Shown here: positions 1-14,030 of the stretch, in pieces
Position numbering within the stretch: the stretch's first letter is position 1
Layout of the letters: each line of letters opens with the position of its first letter
NCBI GenBank assembly: GCA_050575255.1
Contig: JBNZDD010013596.1
Coordinates: forward strand, 1,192,440 to 1,256,439
Reading direction: 5' to 3'
Length of the DNA: 64,000 nucleotides
Source: Harriotta raleighana
Taxonomy: Eukaryota
Notes under the pieces: generated by a model
What the model saw: only the letters and a program-made list of their open reading frames with translations
Databases searched by the model: none
Told to the model about the DNA's origin: nothing
Program-made: the position numbers and the translations under genes

Positions 1-42
1 GCATACATGGTGGCTTGTTGTTACTGTCATTACTGAGTTTGT

Positions 43-315
43 GGAGTCCCATAGTGTAGTGATTAGAGCACTCACATTGCAAACGATCGAACTTTGTTTA
101 GAGGTTTGTTTCCCGGGCTGGGCGAAGTTTCCTTACACGCTTCTGTTTACGTAGCAGTAAGTAGGAAACTGGTTGTCAGTTGAAAGGCAGTTCACTTTCC
201 AGGGTGTAATAAACCCTCAAAAAAAATTGTCATTCAATCCACGACTGTTTGTGGGGCACTGCTGTGCACAATTGACCGCCACGTCTTGCCCACAAAATAC
301 ACATTCAATCCACTT
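43..315 (+). mobile_element. tRNA-derived SINE (young family), 3'-truncated
   Basis: Degenerate tRNA-like head GGAGTCCCATAGTGTAGTGATTAGAGCAC, then the family core TTCAATCCACGACTGTTTGTGGGGCACTGCTGTGCACAATTG seen many times in this window. Confidence 0.8.
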
Positions 316-2218
316 GTATTCTGATTAATACTTCTGTGAATATCATTATCAGAGTTGGTGAGCAGGATTCAAATGAATATTTGACCTGATTTGAATTCAT
401 TATCTCATATAAACATAGTTGAGGATCCAAAACAAAATTATATTTTGTAACGATCAAGTTTTGCTGCTCATCTGAAACCACAAACGTAGTTGATATTTCA
501 GCATATGGTTATGTATGAAGTATTACAATGTTTAACTGTTTCTAATGCTTCAACTTCTTGGAACAAATATCCAAGACAATCAGTTCTAATGTGTAGCAAA
601 ATCTAAAGTGCTTACAATTCTGAAACTCCTGGGAAAACATGAATTTGCACTTGGCTTGGCAGGTGAAATAACATAATGCAATATTTATCAGTAACAGAAG
701 TTTTAAAGTTTTCTCAGCCCCTGTGAGGCTGCAGAATAAACAGAGCATCTCATGAGAAAGCATGAGCTCCAGACAATCTCTTAGTTTTCCAAAGGATCAC
801 CATAATTTGTGACAGCAGGAAGCACTGGCATAACATATCATTATTGGTGAGATGCCCACCATATTTTTACCTTATCAAAGTGAATTTAATTTTTTTGGTT
901 TTAAAATCAGCAGATTGTTGTCCAGTTATGAAACAAATCGTCCATTCGGAGACATTGGGAATTTCGGGAATTTGTTCAGTTACATACAATGCTGCAAAAA
1001 GTGCAATATTTATGTGAAAATCTACTAGACTCTGACAACCAGAGAACATTTTAAGTTTTGTCAACTAATTGAATAAGTCACCAAATGGTGAAGATTGTGG
1101 TGTGTCATAACATCAACTAATTAACACACAATAAGGGGAAAGAAAAGAAACCAGTTGATGTGTTCATTATTGAATAGTCTCTCCATGTTCAGCCTGCGTA
1201 CACTATACACCGATCGAGACTGCAACATTAATGGTGTAGTGGTACAGCTCCAATTTATCAACCAGGTGGGTACTTTTCTCAAAACCGATTCTGAGTTGCT
1301 GCTCTTACTTGGGACTGCATGGCAAAACTAAATTAGCATTGCCTTTCCCAGCTGGGGTTTCTGGGATCTCCACAGCACCTTCTAATGGTTGTTCATATGG
1401 CAGGCTTCATTATGAGGCCATTCACATTAACACTCAATGCCAAGGCTTACACTTCAACACTGGATACTTTGTGAGGTACAGCAACTACACTTCAGCAAGA
1501 GGAAGCCAGATCAGGAAAAGAGAAGCATATACTCAGGGAGATTTTTTTTTTAAAAAAAAGAAAAATAATATAAGATAATAAATAAAAACTACCAATGACA
1601 AAGAAAGGTATACTCCAAACTTCTCACATTTAGAGCTGCAAACAACGCAAAGTGAACAGCCGGAATTCGTGGTCCTACGGAAAGTCTTATTGAATCAATA
1701 CAAAGTTGCTTCATGGGGCACTTATCTTGGTACACAACTAGAATAGCTGAAACATCGGATATACGTCCATCCACATAACTCTCAGAGGAGAAAATTGTCA
1801 AATGTAGAAGGGAGACAATTGTAAGCTGTAAATCAAACCCAATCTTAGTGATCCTCTCAAATGGCAAGAGGAAAGCCTTCTCATCTGCCACATAATCTAT
1901 GATGTATGTAATCTCTTGGCTAAAAAATAAAGGGATTCTTTTGATGATCAACTCCTGAAACAATCTTTGACATGTCTTGTGACAGTTTTCTTCCATCCTC
2001 TTCTTCTCAAAGCATTGACTGTGACTGGAGAAAGGTTATTATTAGCAGGATGTCTTTGCAGATACCCAAACTGTGTTGTCATTCTTCAAAGTGAAATTGC
2101 ACATCCTAAGGTCTGCCCAGCAAGATTACGTATCCACTTATAATGTACAAGGATGTACAAAGCTCTCTTCAATTATAAGCATTCAACTCCTTGCATTGTC
2201 AATCATGTCCCCAATACA

Positions 2219-2470
2219 TATAATAATCCTTGCATTTGATATAGCGCTTTTTACGTCTTCTAGCCATCTCAAAGGGCTTCACATAATTTACAGTAAAGTG
2301 AATTGACTTCATATATGTGGGCGAAACACAGCAACCAATTGCTCACAGCAGGTGTCCCAAAACAATCATGGATTGAAATAACCAATTTATTATTGGGATT
2401 TTTGGATGTTTTGAGGGATTATTATCAGGCATGTGAAGTAAGGAGATGGCCATCTGACATGAAAGGCTCT
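2219..2470 (-). mobile_element. tRNA-derived SINE (young family) fragment
   Basis: Starts with the reverse complement of the family tail (TAATAATCCTTGCATTTGATATAGCGCTTTT) followed by the core. Confidence 0.8.
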
Positions 2471-3899
2471 AATACTTATAAAGTGCATTGTATTGTATTT
2501 ATACAAAAATAAAATAAAAACAACCACTCTAGGATTGGATTGAGGTGGGAATATCTTGCTCTTTAGAGGGTAAATGTTGCCAGTCCATTTCAGGACCGAT
2601 GCTAGGACCCAGCAATTAATTAACAACTTGAATGGGTTCCCAGGACGGGTGAACTGTGGACTCATTAAAAAACAGATTGATGTTGTAATGGTAGGACAGT
2701 AGGGTGGATATTCTGGAAGGATGTGATCAAAAAATTTGATTTTTCATCAGAATCTCCCTTTAAGAAATTTATTGTATTTTAGCCTGACCAATTCAAGTCT
2801 AATGTCTGTATCTCACATATGCTAAGAGTAGAAAATACAATGTCTACTTACCATGTGCATTTTTTTTTCCTGTAGACGGAGCTGCTATTTCAATCTGTTT
2901 TTTTTTGTATTTTTTTGTTATTTTGCTTTTTCAGCTCATAAGATCCCCTTGATAGAAATAAAGAAGTAAGAAAGCCAAACTTACATTTTCTAGCACCTCT
3001 CACTATTTTGTAAAAGGCTTCTATTTATACAGTGAACAATTCCATAAGGAACAGTGTTTTTTTTCCCATTTTCTTTGTGTTGTTACCCACAAATATAAAA
3101 TCAATTCACTTGTGAGACGTCTCAATTATGTGATAAGCTGCTATATTAACTACAATTATTGTTATTATTATTTATTGTCAAAGCATATGTACTTACCATT
3201 TTTATAGAATTTTCCAAGTCTTAATGGAGAGCATTGGTACATTTCCAATCATTTAGCATCAGGATTAAAACAAACTGAACTGTTTTAAATTATTTAGGGC
3301 TGTTACTCATTACACAATCTCCAATTAGTCTATATGTAGATATTACAATGAGAAAAGTATAACATCATGTATAAATGAGTACTATAAATAATGTCAATTC
3401 CATATTGGGGAAATAGTAGAAGATGCTAATCTCCCCAACACACACACACTCTGAGATATTTAGTTGTATAAAATTTTAGTTGTTTATTAGTTTTTTAAAC
3501 TGTGTCTACTGTCACTGTTTGCACCTCTCCAAGTTTCAAATGTTCAAATCTGACCTCCTGCATGCAAACATTTCAGACACAAGAGAATGGAATTCTTTTA
3601 AGTCGATAGACATTTAGGAATTGTCCAAATAATATACAAAGCATTATAAGGCACATATGAAGGTGGACAGAAGTTCAATGCTATATATAACATCCTGCTG
3701 ATTCTCATATCCACTTGAGTGGATTTAATTCTCTCTGAGACAAGTGCTCTTATCTTTTAAAATGATTGTTTTCCTAATTCAATTGCCAAAGATGATCAAC
3801 AACAATTAACGTGTTTGTGATGTTTGCATGTCTGGGGGATGTCTTGAAACTTTTATTGACCTTGGTAGGGGTTGGTGGGGGTTGAGGGGACTGCTGCAG

Positions 3900-4330
3900 G
3901 GTAGCCAAAAGTGCAGTTAGAAAGATAGGCTTAAAGGTTGGAGGAAGGGGAGTGAGGGCGGCAGAGGCATTCCTAGATGGAATTCCATAGATTGGGGCAA
4001 AATTTCTGAAAGCTCATCCACTGATAGTGGGGCAGGTTGGGTAGCGGACTTGAAGCAGGTTGCTATTTGCAGAATGGAAAGAGCAGTGAAGACAGTAAGG
4101 TCACAAGGGGTCACAGAGGTAGGATGGAGCTAGGCTGTAGAGGATTTCCAAGCATGGACAAGGATCTTCAATTCAATCCATTGGAGTTTGGGTGGGTGTG
4201 GAACTGAGCAAGGATGGGAGTGATGGGCTCCTGGAGCCTGTTGCAGATAACAGTACAGGCTGCAGAGGTCCGGAGAGTCTTTGAGTTGGGTAGCGAAGAG
4301 CTATGGATTCCAGCATGTAGTGGATTAGAA
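3900..4330 (-). mobile_element. Degenerate L2 LINE 3' fragment
   Basis: Resembles the reverse complement of the 3' part of the L2 at 15440-16770 (e.g. GGACAAGGATCTTCAATTCAATCC). Confidence 0.6.
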
Positions 4331-4859
4331 TAATGATAGATAATAACCTGTGCTTTTTATACTGTATCTTTCACATCAAGAGAAGGGCTTAAAGCCTTTT
4401 ACACTTTCTAAGGTGCAGTGTAATAACTGTATATTTTACAGGAGGATAAATGAGCCTGTCATAATGAAGTTGTGGATTTTTATTTTATTGACCTCATCTT
4501 CTGATACAAGACCTGATTTTTCTTCCTGGGTCTCCAATCACACTGATATTAAGGGTATTCAAAGCCCCAAATCATGTCTCTTCTTCTCAGCAAGATTTTC
4601 AGAAGTGAAATTTTGCCTTGTGTTTTTTTCTGCAACTATGGGAACATATCAAGAAACATTCCACTGGTGAGTGAGTATGTAACCTGAGGACACTGATTTA
4701 AAATAGTTGTTAAAAAAACCGAGGGGAGGGGAGGTGAGGAGAATTTTTTCACACAGGGAGTTGGGACAGCCTCCCAGCATGAAAAGCGCTATACTAATGT
4801 AATTTTGTTGTTGTTGTTCAGATCCGGAATGGATTGGCTGAAAGGGTGGTGAAAGCTGA

Positions 4860-5010
4860 TTTGATAACAGCTCTTTTAAGAGAAAAGTCGTTATTTTGTT
4901 AGGACAGGTTTGCAGATTTGGATAGCAGATTTGGATAGCTCTTTTCAAAGAATCGGCACAAACACGATGGACTGAATGGCCTCCTTCTGTGCTGGATAAT
5001 TTATGAATGT
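4860..5010 (+). mobile_element. CR1 LINE 3' end
   Basis: GGCACAAACACGATGGACTGAATGGCCTCCTTCTGTGCTG is a typical CR1 terminal motif. Confidence 0.65.
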
Positions 5011-5659
5011 TAATCCATTTCAGTGTGGAACAAACAATTTTTTCTGAATTCATCACTAGCACACTAGTCCCCATCTTATCAGGGAATTACAGCTGGTTGA
5101 AAAACCATGCCCCCCAGGTCTCTCTTTCACTCAAACCAGGTTAAGCTGCAGCATCCACTGAACCAAGCCCCTTCAATCTCCATCATAGCTGCTTTACATA
5201 ATCAAAACTACTACAAACGTCTGCTATACAAAAGCAAATGCATCAGTTCCTTCTGGACCTTGAATATACCAATAAAACACAGGTTAGTTTTGTACACTAT
5301 AAAAGTCTAGTTTTCTCCTCTGCTTTGGCAAGTTGAAATATTAACCTGTGTTCCAATGGGTTGCAGTCAATCATGTGGATAAGTTTGCTGTCCTCCTAAT
5401 TCATTTTACCATTTGAACCTCCCAGTTGAAGGCTACATTATCAGTTTTATTAGCTTTTTTGTTTACACAGAGCTTCATGCTTTCCAGCTCTATCATCAAC
5501 AAGCGAGCCAGCCTGTGATGTTACATTGCAACAGCTTTCTATTTGGAAAAAAGCTGTGAGGGAGAATCGTCTGTGTTTTTTTTGTCCTTGTTTCGCCACC
5601 TTTCATCCCCAGAAAGGTGCTATACAAATATAATTTTGTTGTTGTTGTAGGTCTCTTTG

Positions 5660-5802
5660 AATTTTATTATTGTGTTTTTTTGGGGAGGGATTATTATTAG
5701 GCATGTGGAGTAAGGAAACTTGCCCAAGGTTTTGCCCTGACCTGCTGGGATTCAGGTGTCACAGTTGTAAGGCAAATTCTCTAACCACTGAACTACAGGA
5801 GC
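5660..5802 (-). mobile_element. tRNA-derived SINE 5' half
   Basis: Reverse complement of the tRNA head (CTCTAACCACTGAACTACAGGA) plus GGAGTAAGGAAACTTGCCCAAGG. Confidence 0.75.
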
Positions 5803-6719
5803 GCCCTCTCAATCATCCCACCACCATTGGACCATTTTTTAACCAATCTACTCCCACTCCTAAAACTGAATCCACAAACAGAAGAAAGCTTATTCAGTAT
5901 CTTTTCCTTGCGGGATTCAAATAATTACATTGCCAGTCCCAGCATTCATGGCATTGTAATTAAACAGCTGGAAATTCCAGCTCGCTGGCCAGAACCAGGG
6001 GTACCTGGGGTTTAAGTGTAGTTACTTACATAATACAGTACTTGCATCTACATGCTTAGATGATCTTAAATAATGTTCACATGGATCATGTATAGTACTA
6101 CTACAGTTTAGTAACACTACATACCTGAGGGAATACAAGGGCTACAAGAGGGGACTAGCAGCAGTGAAGTCTCATGGAGGATAAACACAGAAATGCACTG
6201 GTTGGGACAAATGGTCTGATTCTGTATTGTACAGTGTATGTATTGTTTTAAAAAATGAAAGAAATCACAAATCTGAAATCAAGTGTGTGATCTGGTCAGC
6301 ATTAATATTCAAACAGCTGCTAGGATTTGATCTAATACACTTGTGAACAAACAGGATTAACTTCTTGATCCAGAAGCCTGAAGTATCACCTGGGTCTAGC
6401 CAACACACATTCCACACACTCATACTCCCATCCTCAGCACTCTATTGACAACCTGATGCTCAGAGGATCAATTTCAAGATCTTTGTCCTGTCCTGAAATC
6501 ACTCAATGATTTTGCCCAATGGTTTTGCTCCACTCTATCTTCGTTTTCCTGACTGCTCTGCTATTTGCACCCCACTTTCTTTGTTCTACTCTTTTCCAAA
6601 AAAGTTTTAAAAGATTCTCTACCTCCAAAAGCCTTCTTCTAAACACAGTATCTCTCAACCGTACTTTTAATCAACATGATTTCATCTCTAATTTCCCTGT
6701 TTAGTGAGCGCAACTATAT

Positions 6720-7360
6720 TTATAATAATCCTTGCATTGAGTAAAGTACCTTATTATGTCAAAAAGCCAGAAAGTGTAGTGACTGTGTATTTGGGGATGA
6801 GTGCAGTGGCAGTATTTCCATAGAATAAAAAAAATTATTGCATTTGATAAAGCACTTTTCACATCTTCTATATATTGAAAGGCGAATTGACTATATTTGT
6901 AGGCGAAATGCAGCAGCCAATTGTGCATAGCAGTGTTCCACAAACAATCATGGATTGAAATGACCAATTTCTTATTGTTTTTATTCATGGTGGTATTCGG
7001 CATACTATATGTCAGCCTGCTTAATTGATAGCACTCATTTTGTACTTAGCAACATCTCACAAACAGTCATAAAGTTAAAGAGCATTTTTTGTTATCTGGG
7101 GAACTGTTGCCCAGGACACTGGGAGAAAATCCTTTATTTTTTTCAATAGGGACCGAGTTTTTTTTAACATCCACCTAAGAGGAAAATTGAACATCAAATA
7201 AAATTTAACATTTTATCCAAAGTGTGTCACCTCCAGTAATGCATCACTCTCCCAGCACTGCGTTAGAGTGACTATTAGCTCAAAGATCCAACATCGAACA
7301 TGAACCCACAACCTTCTGACTGAGAGGTAAGAGTGCTTTCAGCTGAGTCAGGCTGACATA
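6720..7360 (-). mobile_element. Cluster of SINE fragments (young tail pieces plus older Deu-domain SINE)
   Basis: Tail AATCCTTGCATT and core GCAGCCAATTGTGCATAGCAG; older SINE head reverse complement at about 7300-7357 (GAACCCACAACCTTCTGACTGAGAGG). Confidence 0.65.
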
Positions 7361-8747
7361 TTGTAGGTTGAATACTGCCAGAAAATATTTTTATTGCAAG
7401 AAATATTTGTGGAAGACCCTTGGGTTTTTAAGAAGAAATCCCACTCCTGATTTGAGGCTTTTATCTACCACACTCAAGTAATTCTGAATTAATCCCATGA
7501 AATATAAACTCGGTCTCCTCATTTGAATGTTTCAAAGAACCAGAAGCTAATGATGAAATCAATTTTCGAACTAATCTTTTGTTGGGTTCACTTAATGACA
7601 TTGATGACAGGACAAATGGTCCATATTTTATTTTGTTTAATGGGGGCATTTCCTGTGAATATTTCTGTTGATGCTTGAAGTGTGCTTTTGGACATGTGTT
7701 TGTGGTTTAATGGAAGCAGTCAATTGGAAGTCTGGTCTCCAAAAGTCAAGGTCTCCCAGGATAAACTGCAATAAAATGCAAAAGTGGTTGTAATGCAGCT
7801 TATGTTCAAGTTAATTATTTAGGAATCATTATGTTAGATGTTGACAGTTTCATTTGATATGAGGTGAGGAGGCTGATCAGGAGCTAACAATCTCTGGACA
7901 GAAAGACAATTGTCATTATCCCATTCATCCTTACATGGTTCTGTTCCTCAGCTTTTTCCACCTGCAACATACATTTCACACATTGAATTATTTTACTTTA
8001 TTGAGGATAAAATATCACTTTTTTGCTATTAATTTTCCTCCTTTATTTTTTGCATGAGCCCCCAACAATTTTTCACTGTATGCCCAGAAGATGCGATGCA
8101 CAAAGGTTGGTATAAGAAATTAAATTCTTACTTTTCTTGAAAAAAAACACAAACTATAACTTGGTTTAGACTTCCATATATTAGTAACTTCCAATCAAGC
8201 AAATCTTACATAAAAATTCTGACACCTCCCAAATAATCAGTCCTGGCCTCCTCCTTCCACAGACAGCATTATTTCAATATTCCACACACCCCCCACCCCA
8301 CATCTCATCCTTTCCCCAGCAGAACACAACTACAGTACAACTGCTTTCCTCAATGGCCTTGCTAGCTTATACACTTCAACTGATGTGTAACTGCGGAATG
8401 TATTCTGTCCTGCAAGTCTTCACAAGTTCATCACTCTGATCCTCACTAACTCAACTGTTCCCCATTGGATTGACTTCAAGTTCCTTTTTCTAATTTTCAA
8501 ATGTCTTACCTACACTACCTTGCAATCTCTATAGCCCTCGTCCCCTGCCCACTCCCTCCATTCCACAAATTAAAGCTTGCGGAATGGCCTCTTCCCCACC
8601 ACACACTTTCAGCCAAGCTTTCTCTAATGTTCTTTTCAAAACCTTTTCTAAAAGCTTATCTATCTGACTGTGACTTCAGTCAGCTCCCTTCTATCCCAAC
8701 ACAAGATTTCCCAACTTGTTTGAGTTTGCACCTATCTTTGTAAAGGC

Positions 8748-10251
8748 TTTGAGATGTTGTCCTACAAGAAAAGCACTACAGAAGTGAAAGCTATTGTTGA
8801 TATACAAGAAATGTTCCCTGTATATAAAAATACAACAGTAAGACTTGGTTGAGATTGCTACATCTTTTATAATCTTCAAATAATAAAAAATTTATTTAGT
8901 ACATTTATGTTTATTCCAGTTTAATAAAGCTAAGAAGTACAATTTCCACTTAAAAGCACTACATTACTGTATATAGTTGTAAGGACCTGCCAACTCATAG
9001 CTCATCTTTCTTACAGACTAGTTTGGTTTCCTTTCTGAAGCATTGCCAAGTTCTGATGAAGTGCTGCACACAAATGGACAAAACGGAGTCCCACTATAGA
9101 AAACACATGGATCATTATTATAGAATAAAACAGTTTAATGCAGCACAAAAACAGGACAGCAGTCAGTACAGGGTCAGGTGGCACTGTGTTCGTTCAACAA
9201 TGCACATATATGGAATTTTAGCTGGTTCCTCTCTTCATATAGTTTATGAAGGCAAAGTAAATAACAAAAAATGTTTCATGCACAATGACAACATCAAGAA
9301 GATAATGTCTTTGAAGTACATATTTTGTTGATATGATGAAATGAAAATCAATTGTAAGCACACATCAGAATAGATACACACTAAACTTACTACCACATGG
9401 AATAACATCTCCCCAGCCCCACACAGACACAAACACACACACATTCACATCCATAATTTATTAGTAGGAAGGTTACTTTTTCAGCATTGAAGATCTTTGA
9501 ACCTAGCAATGATGAACAATTTTACTAACTAGTATAGATGGAGAAAGTTGAACTAAGACTCAGAAGTGAAGCTAGTTTTATTTTAAATTGCATTCAGCTA
9601 CACTTGGGTTTCTGCCACCAGACTATGTTGTATGTTATCAATCAAATTCTGCCAAGACAGTCACTAAAATTGTTTCCATCCCTAGTAGAGATGAGTATTG
9701 TGTAGGTTCCAGTATTCAACATCTCTTTGTCATTTTTTCGTCACCTAATTATCCTGTTTTTCTCCAGGATTCTTCTTTCCAGAGACTTAACTTTTGACCT
9801 TTTGCAAACCAGAATTTTTCCATATTAAATTTCTTATACATTTAACCTTTAAGACTACAATTTCTGTCAATTCCAGGCTCCCTTGAGCCAGATAGTTGTT
9901 ATTTTAAAAATGAGTTTTCTGCTTGCACACACGTTGGTGAAATGCATCCTGATATAGTAATAAAGTTACTTTTAGATGTCAGAAATAACATTATTATCAT
10001 CTATGCATTAGCATTGCCAAAAATAAATACTTCAATATAAATATCACATTGTTTATTTATTTGGTTTCTGCTAAGTTTCTGCTCCTTTTACGATTTTTAC
10101 TTGATTCTAAATACTGTATGAAGCATTATTAACTGTTAGACTAACATTTTGAGATGTTGTCCTACAAGAAAAGCACTACAGAAGTGAAAGCTATTGTTGA
10201 TATACAAGAAATGTTCCCTGTATACAAAAATACAATAGTAAGACTTGGTTG
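8748..10251 (+). repeat. 104-bp direct repeat pair (8748-8851 and 10148-10251)
   Basis: TTTGAGATGTTGTCCTACAAG...AGTAAGACTTGGTTG occurs twice, exactly 1400 bp apart, with 2 mismatches and no N nearby. Confidence 0.9.
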
Positions 10252-10559
10252 CTTTCTTGTTTTAAGTTTGAAGACATTATTTATTCTTTTTCATGATCCT
10301 CCAGATTACTTCCAAATAATTTCTGCCAGTCCAGCCTAATAGCTGCAAATTAACAAGATAATTTTACATAGATTGCAAGATGAATTGCTGATCCTTTTTA
10401 AAGGACTGCTTGACACATTACTTCAGCATCAGGCAAGGGATCATAATCCCCCCCACCACACCCCTATTACACACACACACAATGATAATTTACAATTGGC
10501 ATTCCAGACATTAATATTTATTGTCAATTGAGAGGAATGTTTGTAATGGCTCAATTATA

Positions 10560-10935
10560 TGTCAGCCTAGCTCAGTTTGCACTGACATCCTGAAGTTAAA
10601 AGGTCTTGGGTTCATGTCCCATGTTGGGAATTTGAGCTCATGTGGTCGAGACTGACACTCCAGTGCTGTACTGGGGGTGGGTGTTGCATCGTTGGAAATG
10701 CCCGCTTTTGGATTTTAAACCGAGAACCAATCTTCTTATTCAGGTGTATGTTAAAGGAGGATCATGTTAGAAAAGAGGAGTTTGTCCCGATGTCCTGTTC
10801 CAAACAATATTGATTATTCACTCTATGCCTGTTTATGAGATAGTGTTATGGGAAACAGGTTTGTCTACAAATAAAGTCGCTGGACTTCATAGCATATCCT
10901 ACATATGAGACGTCTTTCTAATGTGAAAAGCTGAG
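10560..10935 (+). mobile_element. Old Deu-domain tRNA SINE (SacSINE1/AmnSINE-like)
   Basis: tRNA-like head (GCCTAGCTCAGTT...GGGTTCATGTCCC), GCTGACACTCCAGTG block and Deu-like TTAAACCGAG...CAGGTG. Confidence 0.65.
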
Positions 10936-11234
10936 TTCCTGCAAATCAGAATATCAGGAGCTCCCAGGATGTGAGCTGGATTCTTTATTAAGAAATCACA
11001 TTTTAACATACTGTAATTAGACCCCAGAGTAAATATATGTCATAATAAACAACAAAAAGCAAAAGAAACAGTAAACAAACAAGGAAGCAGTGTAAGAAAA
11101 TATAAAAAGAGACAGATTTGTCTAATTAACACTTATAAATTTGCTGCAATGTTCAATATTATTTTTATTAAACTTATTTTTGGGAAAATAAAGGCATATG
11201 AGCCAACAATCATCCAAATATAATAATACTGTAA

Positions 11235-11530
11235 TGTAATCCTTGCATTTGATATAGCGCTTTTCACGTCTTCTAGACGTCTCAAAGCGCTTCACAGAAT
11301 ATACTGTAAAGTGGACTGTATATTGTGGGCAAAATAATAATTCATTTCATGGCTGTTTATGGGACATTTGTGTGCATAAATTGTTTGGTGTGTTTGCTTA
11401 CAAAATACAGTGACGATACTTTATAGAAAATCATTTGATATAGCGATTTCCATGTCTTCTAGACATCTCAAAGCGCTTCACAGAAAATACTGTAAAGTGA
11501 ATTGACTGTGTATATGTGAGTGAAACATTT
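11235..11530 (-). mobile_element. Two tandem SINE 3' tail fragments
   Basis: CATTTGATATAGCG...CTAGAC[G/A]TCTCAAAGCGCTTCACAGAA present twice. Confidence 0.75.
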
Positions 11531-12170
11531 TGAAATGTTTTGACCACATGAAAAGGCACTTTTGTTAACACAGCTTTTATTTTTTAAAACAATAATTATG
11601 AATACTGTGATCGCTGAAACCACTCTGACTATTTACCAAACAATTAGTTGAAGATCTAACATTCAGTAGCATATAGCAATGCGCAATTTGCAGCTACAAT
11701 AAATTACATTTATATAATGTCGTTTACATTGGAAGGATGTCCCAAGGCGCTGATCATTAGGAAAAATCAAATTGATCGCTTGATTTTTGCTAATAAATCA
11801 GGTAAATTGCCTTCATTGCCAACATCATTCATTGATGTAACAAAGGTAAAATAGCTTTCAAAATACTACTAAGTTGTAAATCACACTTCAGGGTGCTTAA
11901 GCTTCTTAATTAATAATAAAAAAAACACATGTTAAAAGTGGAAAGCAAAATATTGATGCCTTTTTAAATTATGTTTGACTACTGCGTAATAAAAAATGAA
12001 ATTTACAAAAACAGAGTTGCTGGAAGTGACTTACCAATGTTATACTATAGTAAGGCCCTTCCTTAATGACTCTGGTCTTCAAATGTAATTAACGTAATTA
12101 GTGGGATAGCTATTTTCACACCCAGTAAGAGTCACTATTTTCCACAGCTATATACAATATCCCATTATAG

Positions 12171-12185
12171 CCAATAGATGGCGAC
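12171..12185 (+). promoter_or_regulatory. Candidate CTCF site
   Basis: CCAATAGATGGCGAC resembles the CTCF core CCASYAGRKGGCRS in non-repeat DNA; motif match only. Confidence 0.35.
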
Positions 12186-12521
12186 ATGACTCTATTATAC
12201 TCTGGGTGTGTGATTGGATTTCTCTGGCATATTCTTTCTGCAGTGTGTACTGTAATACTCTTCTGGAGCCCACTCAGTTCCGAGAAGACCCTGTTGTCAC
12301 TATATCACCCAGTGCTAGAGTCCCCATTATAGCTACAAACAAGTGAGACACAATTTTGTTAAGCTCTTTGTTCTCCAAAAGGCTTTCATCACTTGGAAAA
12401 CTTGGTGCTTAATCCTGATGTGACTGCATCAACAATTATTTTGCATTTCATACCGACCTGTCCACNATCCTGATGTGACTGCATCAACAATTATTTTGCA
12501 TTTCATACCGACCTGTATAAN

Positions 12522-12862
12522 CCTTCCACTCCATTGGTCTTCAGCCTTTCTATCCGCACCATTTGGAGCTCTATCCCCCAAATCCCTTCCCCTCGCCACG
12601 TCCCTTTCCTCCTTCAAGACCCTCCTCTTTGACTTTGCCTTCAGTGTCTTGGGACATCCTCCTGATGTGTAAGACACTATAACGGGTGTAATTTTGTGGT
12701 TGTATTTTGTTGTTGTTGCCTTCGGTCACCCTCCTATTTCTTTCCTCCCTGCCCTTCACCCCTCCTGATCCCAACCCCCAGCTCAGTTCCAATTCCCTGA
12801 CCTTCCAGCAATTTGTTTTCCCCAACATGAAAGGTGCTATACAGATGCAATTTGTTTTGTTG
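12522..12862 (+). mobile_element. L2 LINE 3' fragments
   Basis: TCCTTCAAGACCCTCCTCTTTGAC and two L2-type tails ending in (TTG)n. Confidence 0.7.
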
Positions 12863-13649
12863 TATTAGATTTGTCCAATTTGAGGGTAGTAACCCCTTAG
12901 AAGGTTTAGTGTACAGATGTATATGGTGGGAGGAGAAGGTAGAAACGTGGCTGCATTCTACCCTTTGTAATCATGTTTTTGTATCTTAATAAAGTTGTGC
13001 TTCTTTACGTTTTTTCCTTCTTTAGTCTTTTCCTCAAATTCTTTGCTGAATTTGCAACTACAGCATCACAATTTACCAGTAGATAGAAAACACTTGACCA
13101 TCCATCTTTAGCTGAGCATTCCGCAGTTGGTGTAGAATTTAATAACAGAAACTGGCACAAAATTGATGTTTTCAATTCTCCCAAGACTCAGAAGAAAAAC
13201 TGCTATTTTCACAAAATGGTAAAAACCTATGATGGGATCTTTTTTCAATTTTATTTCTCTCTTGTGACCCACAACCTGTGATTGATTCTCATGGCAAGAG
13301 AAAAAAGAACCAAAGTTGACACATACAGGGGCAGTGTCCCAGCTAGTCTTAATCCCAAACAAAATATATTTAACCATGAAAGCAGTAAATATTCTGACTA
13401 TGTAAGTCTCTCATTTACATCATAAGGGACACGCAGCAGAACATTTAAGATTTCAAAGGTAAAGAAACATTTTCAATTATGATGACTTACTGAAAATATA
13501 GTCTATTCTGTTATTCATGGGTCAGTTAACACATGTACAATAGTTTAGCTACTAATAGTGACTTAGTTTGGATGGCAGCGACAAAAGTTCACCACATGAT
13601 GAACTCGGAAATATGTAAAACTAGAAATACAAGAACCACACATTATGTT

Positions 13650-14030
13650 GGTGTCACCTTGGCACAGTTGGTCAGTTTCTTACCTCTGAGTCTGGGTCAG
13701 AGGTTTGGCATTCAAGCCCCACATTGAGACTTTGAGATCACCTTCTAGGCGATATTATAATACACTACTGGGGGAGCACTATATTCTACAAGGTGCTGAC
13801 CCTCAGAAATAGCTGCCTGTTCAAGTGGATGTTAAGATTGCATAACTGTTTAAAAAGAGAAGGCGTTTCTCCCAGTATCCTGGCCAACATTCCTACATTA
13901 GCCGTTCACATCATGACAGTCTGTGAGACCTTGCTTTGTGGAAATTGGCTGTCACACTTTCATACAATTACAGACACTGCTTTTGACAGCAATTCCCTGT
14001 GAAACAAGTTGAGATATTTTGATGTTAAGA
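13650..14030 (+). mobile_element. Old Deu-domain tRNA SINE
   Basis: CTTGGCACAGTTGGT...CTCTGAGTC...TTCAAGCCCCAC head; CCTGTTCAAGTGGATGTTAAGA; TCCCAGTATCCTGGCCAACATT. Confidence 0.7.

Noticed and set aside
1589-1996. 135-aa minus-strand ORF
   Set aside because: No recognisable motif or convincing exon boundaries; cannot be supported without a database search
12412-12521. Tandem duplications centred on single Ns (12466, 18195, 19524, 59107)
   Set aside because: Near-identical overlaps joined by one N are typical unmerged contig ends or alleles, not real duplications
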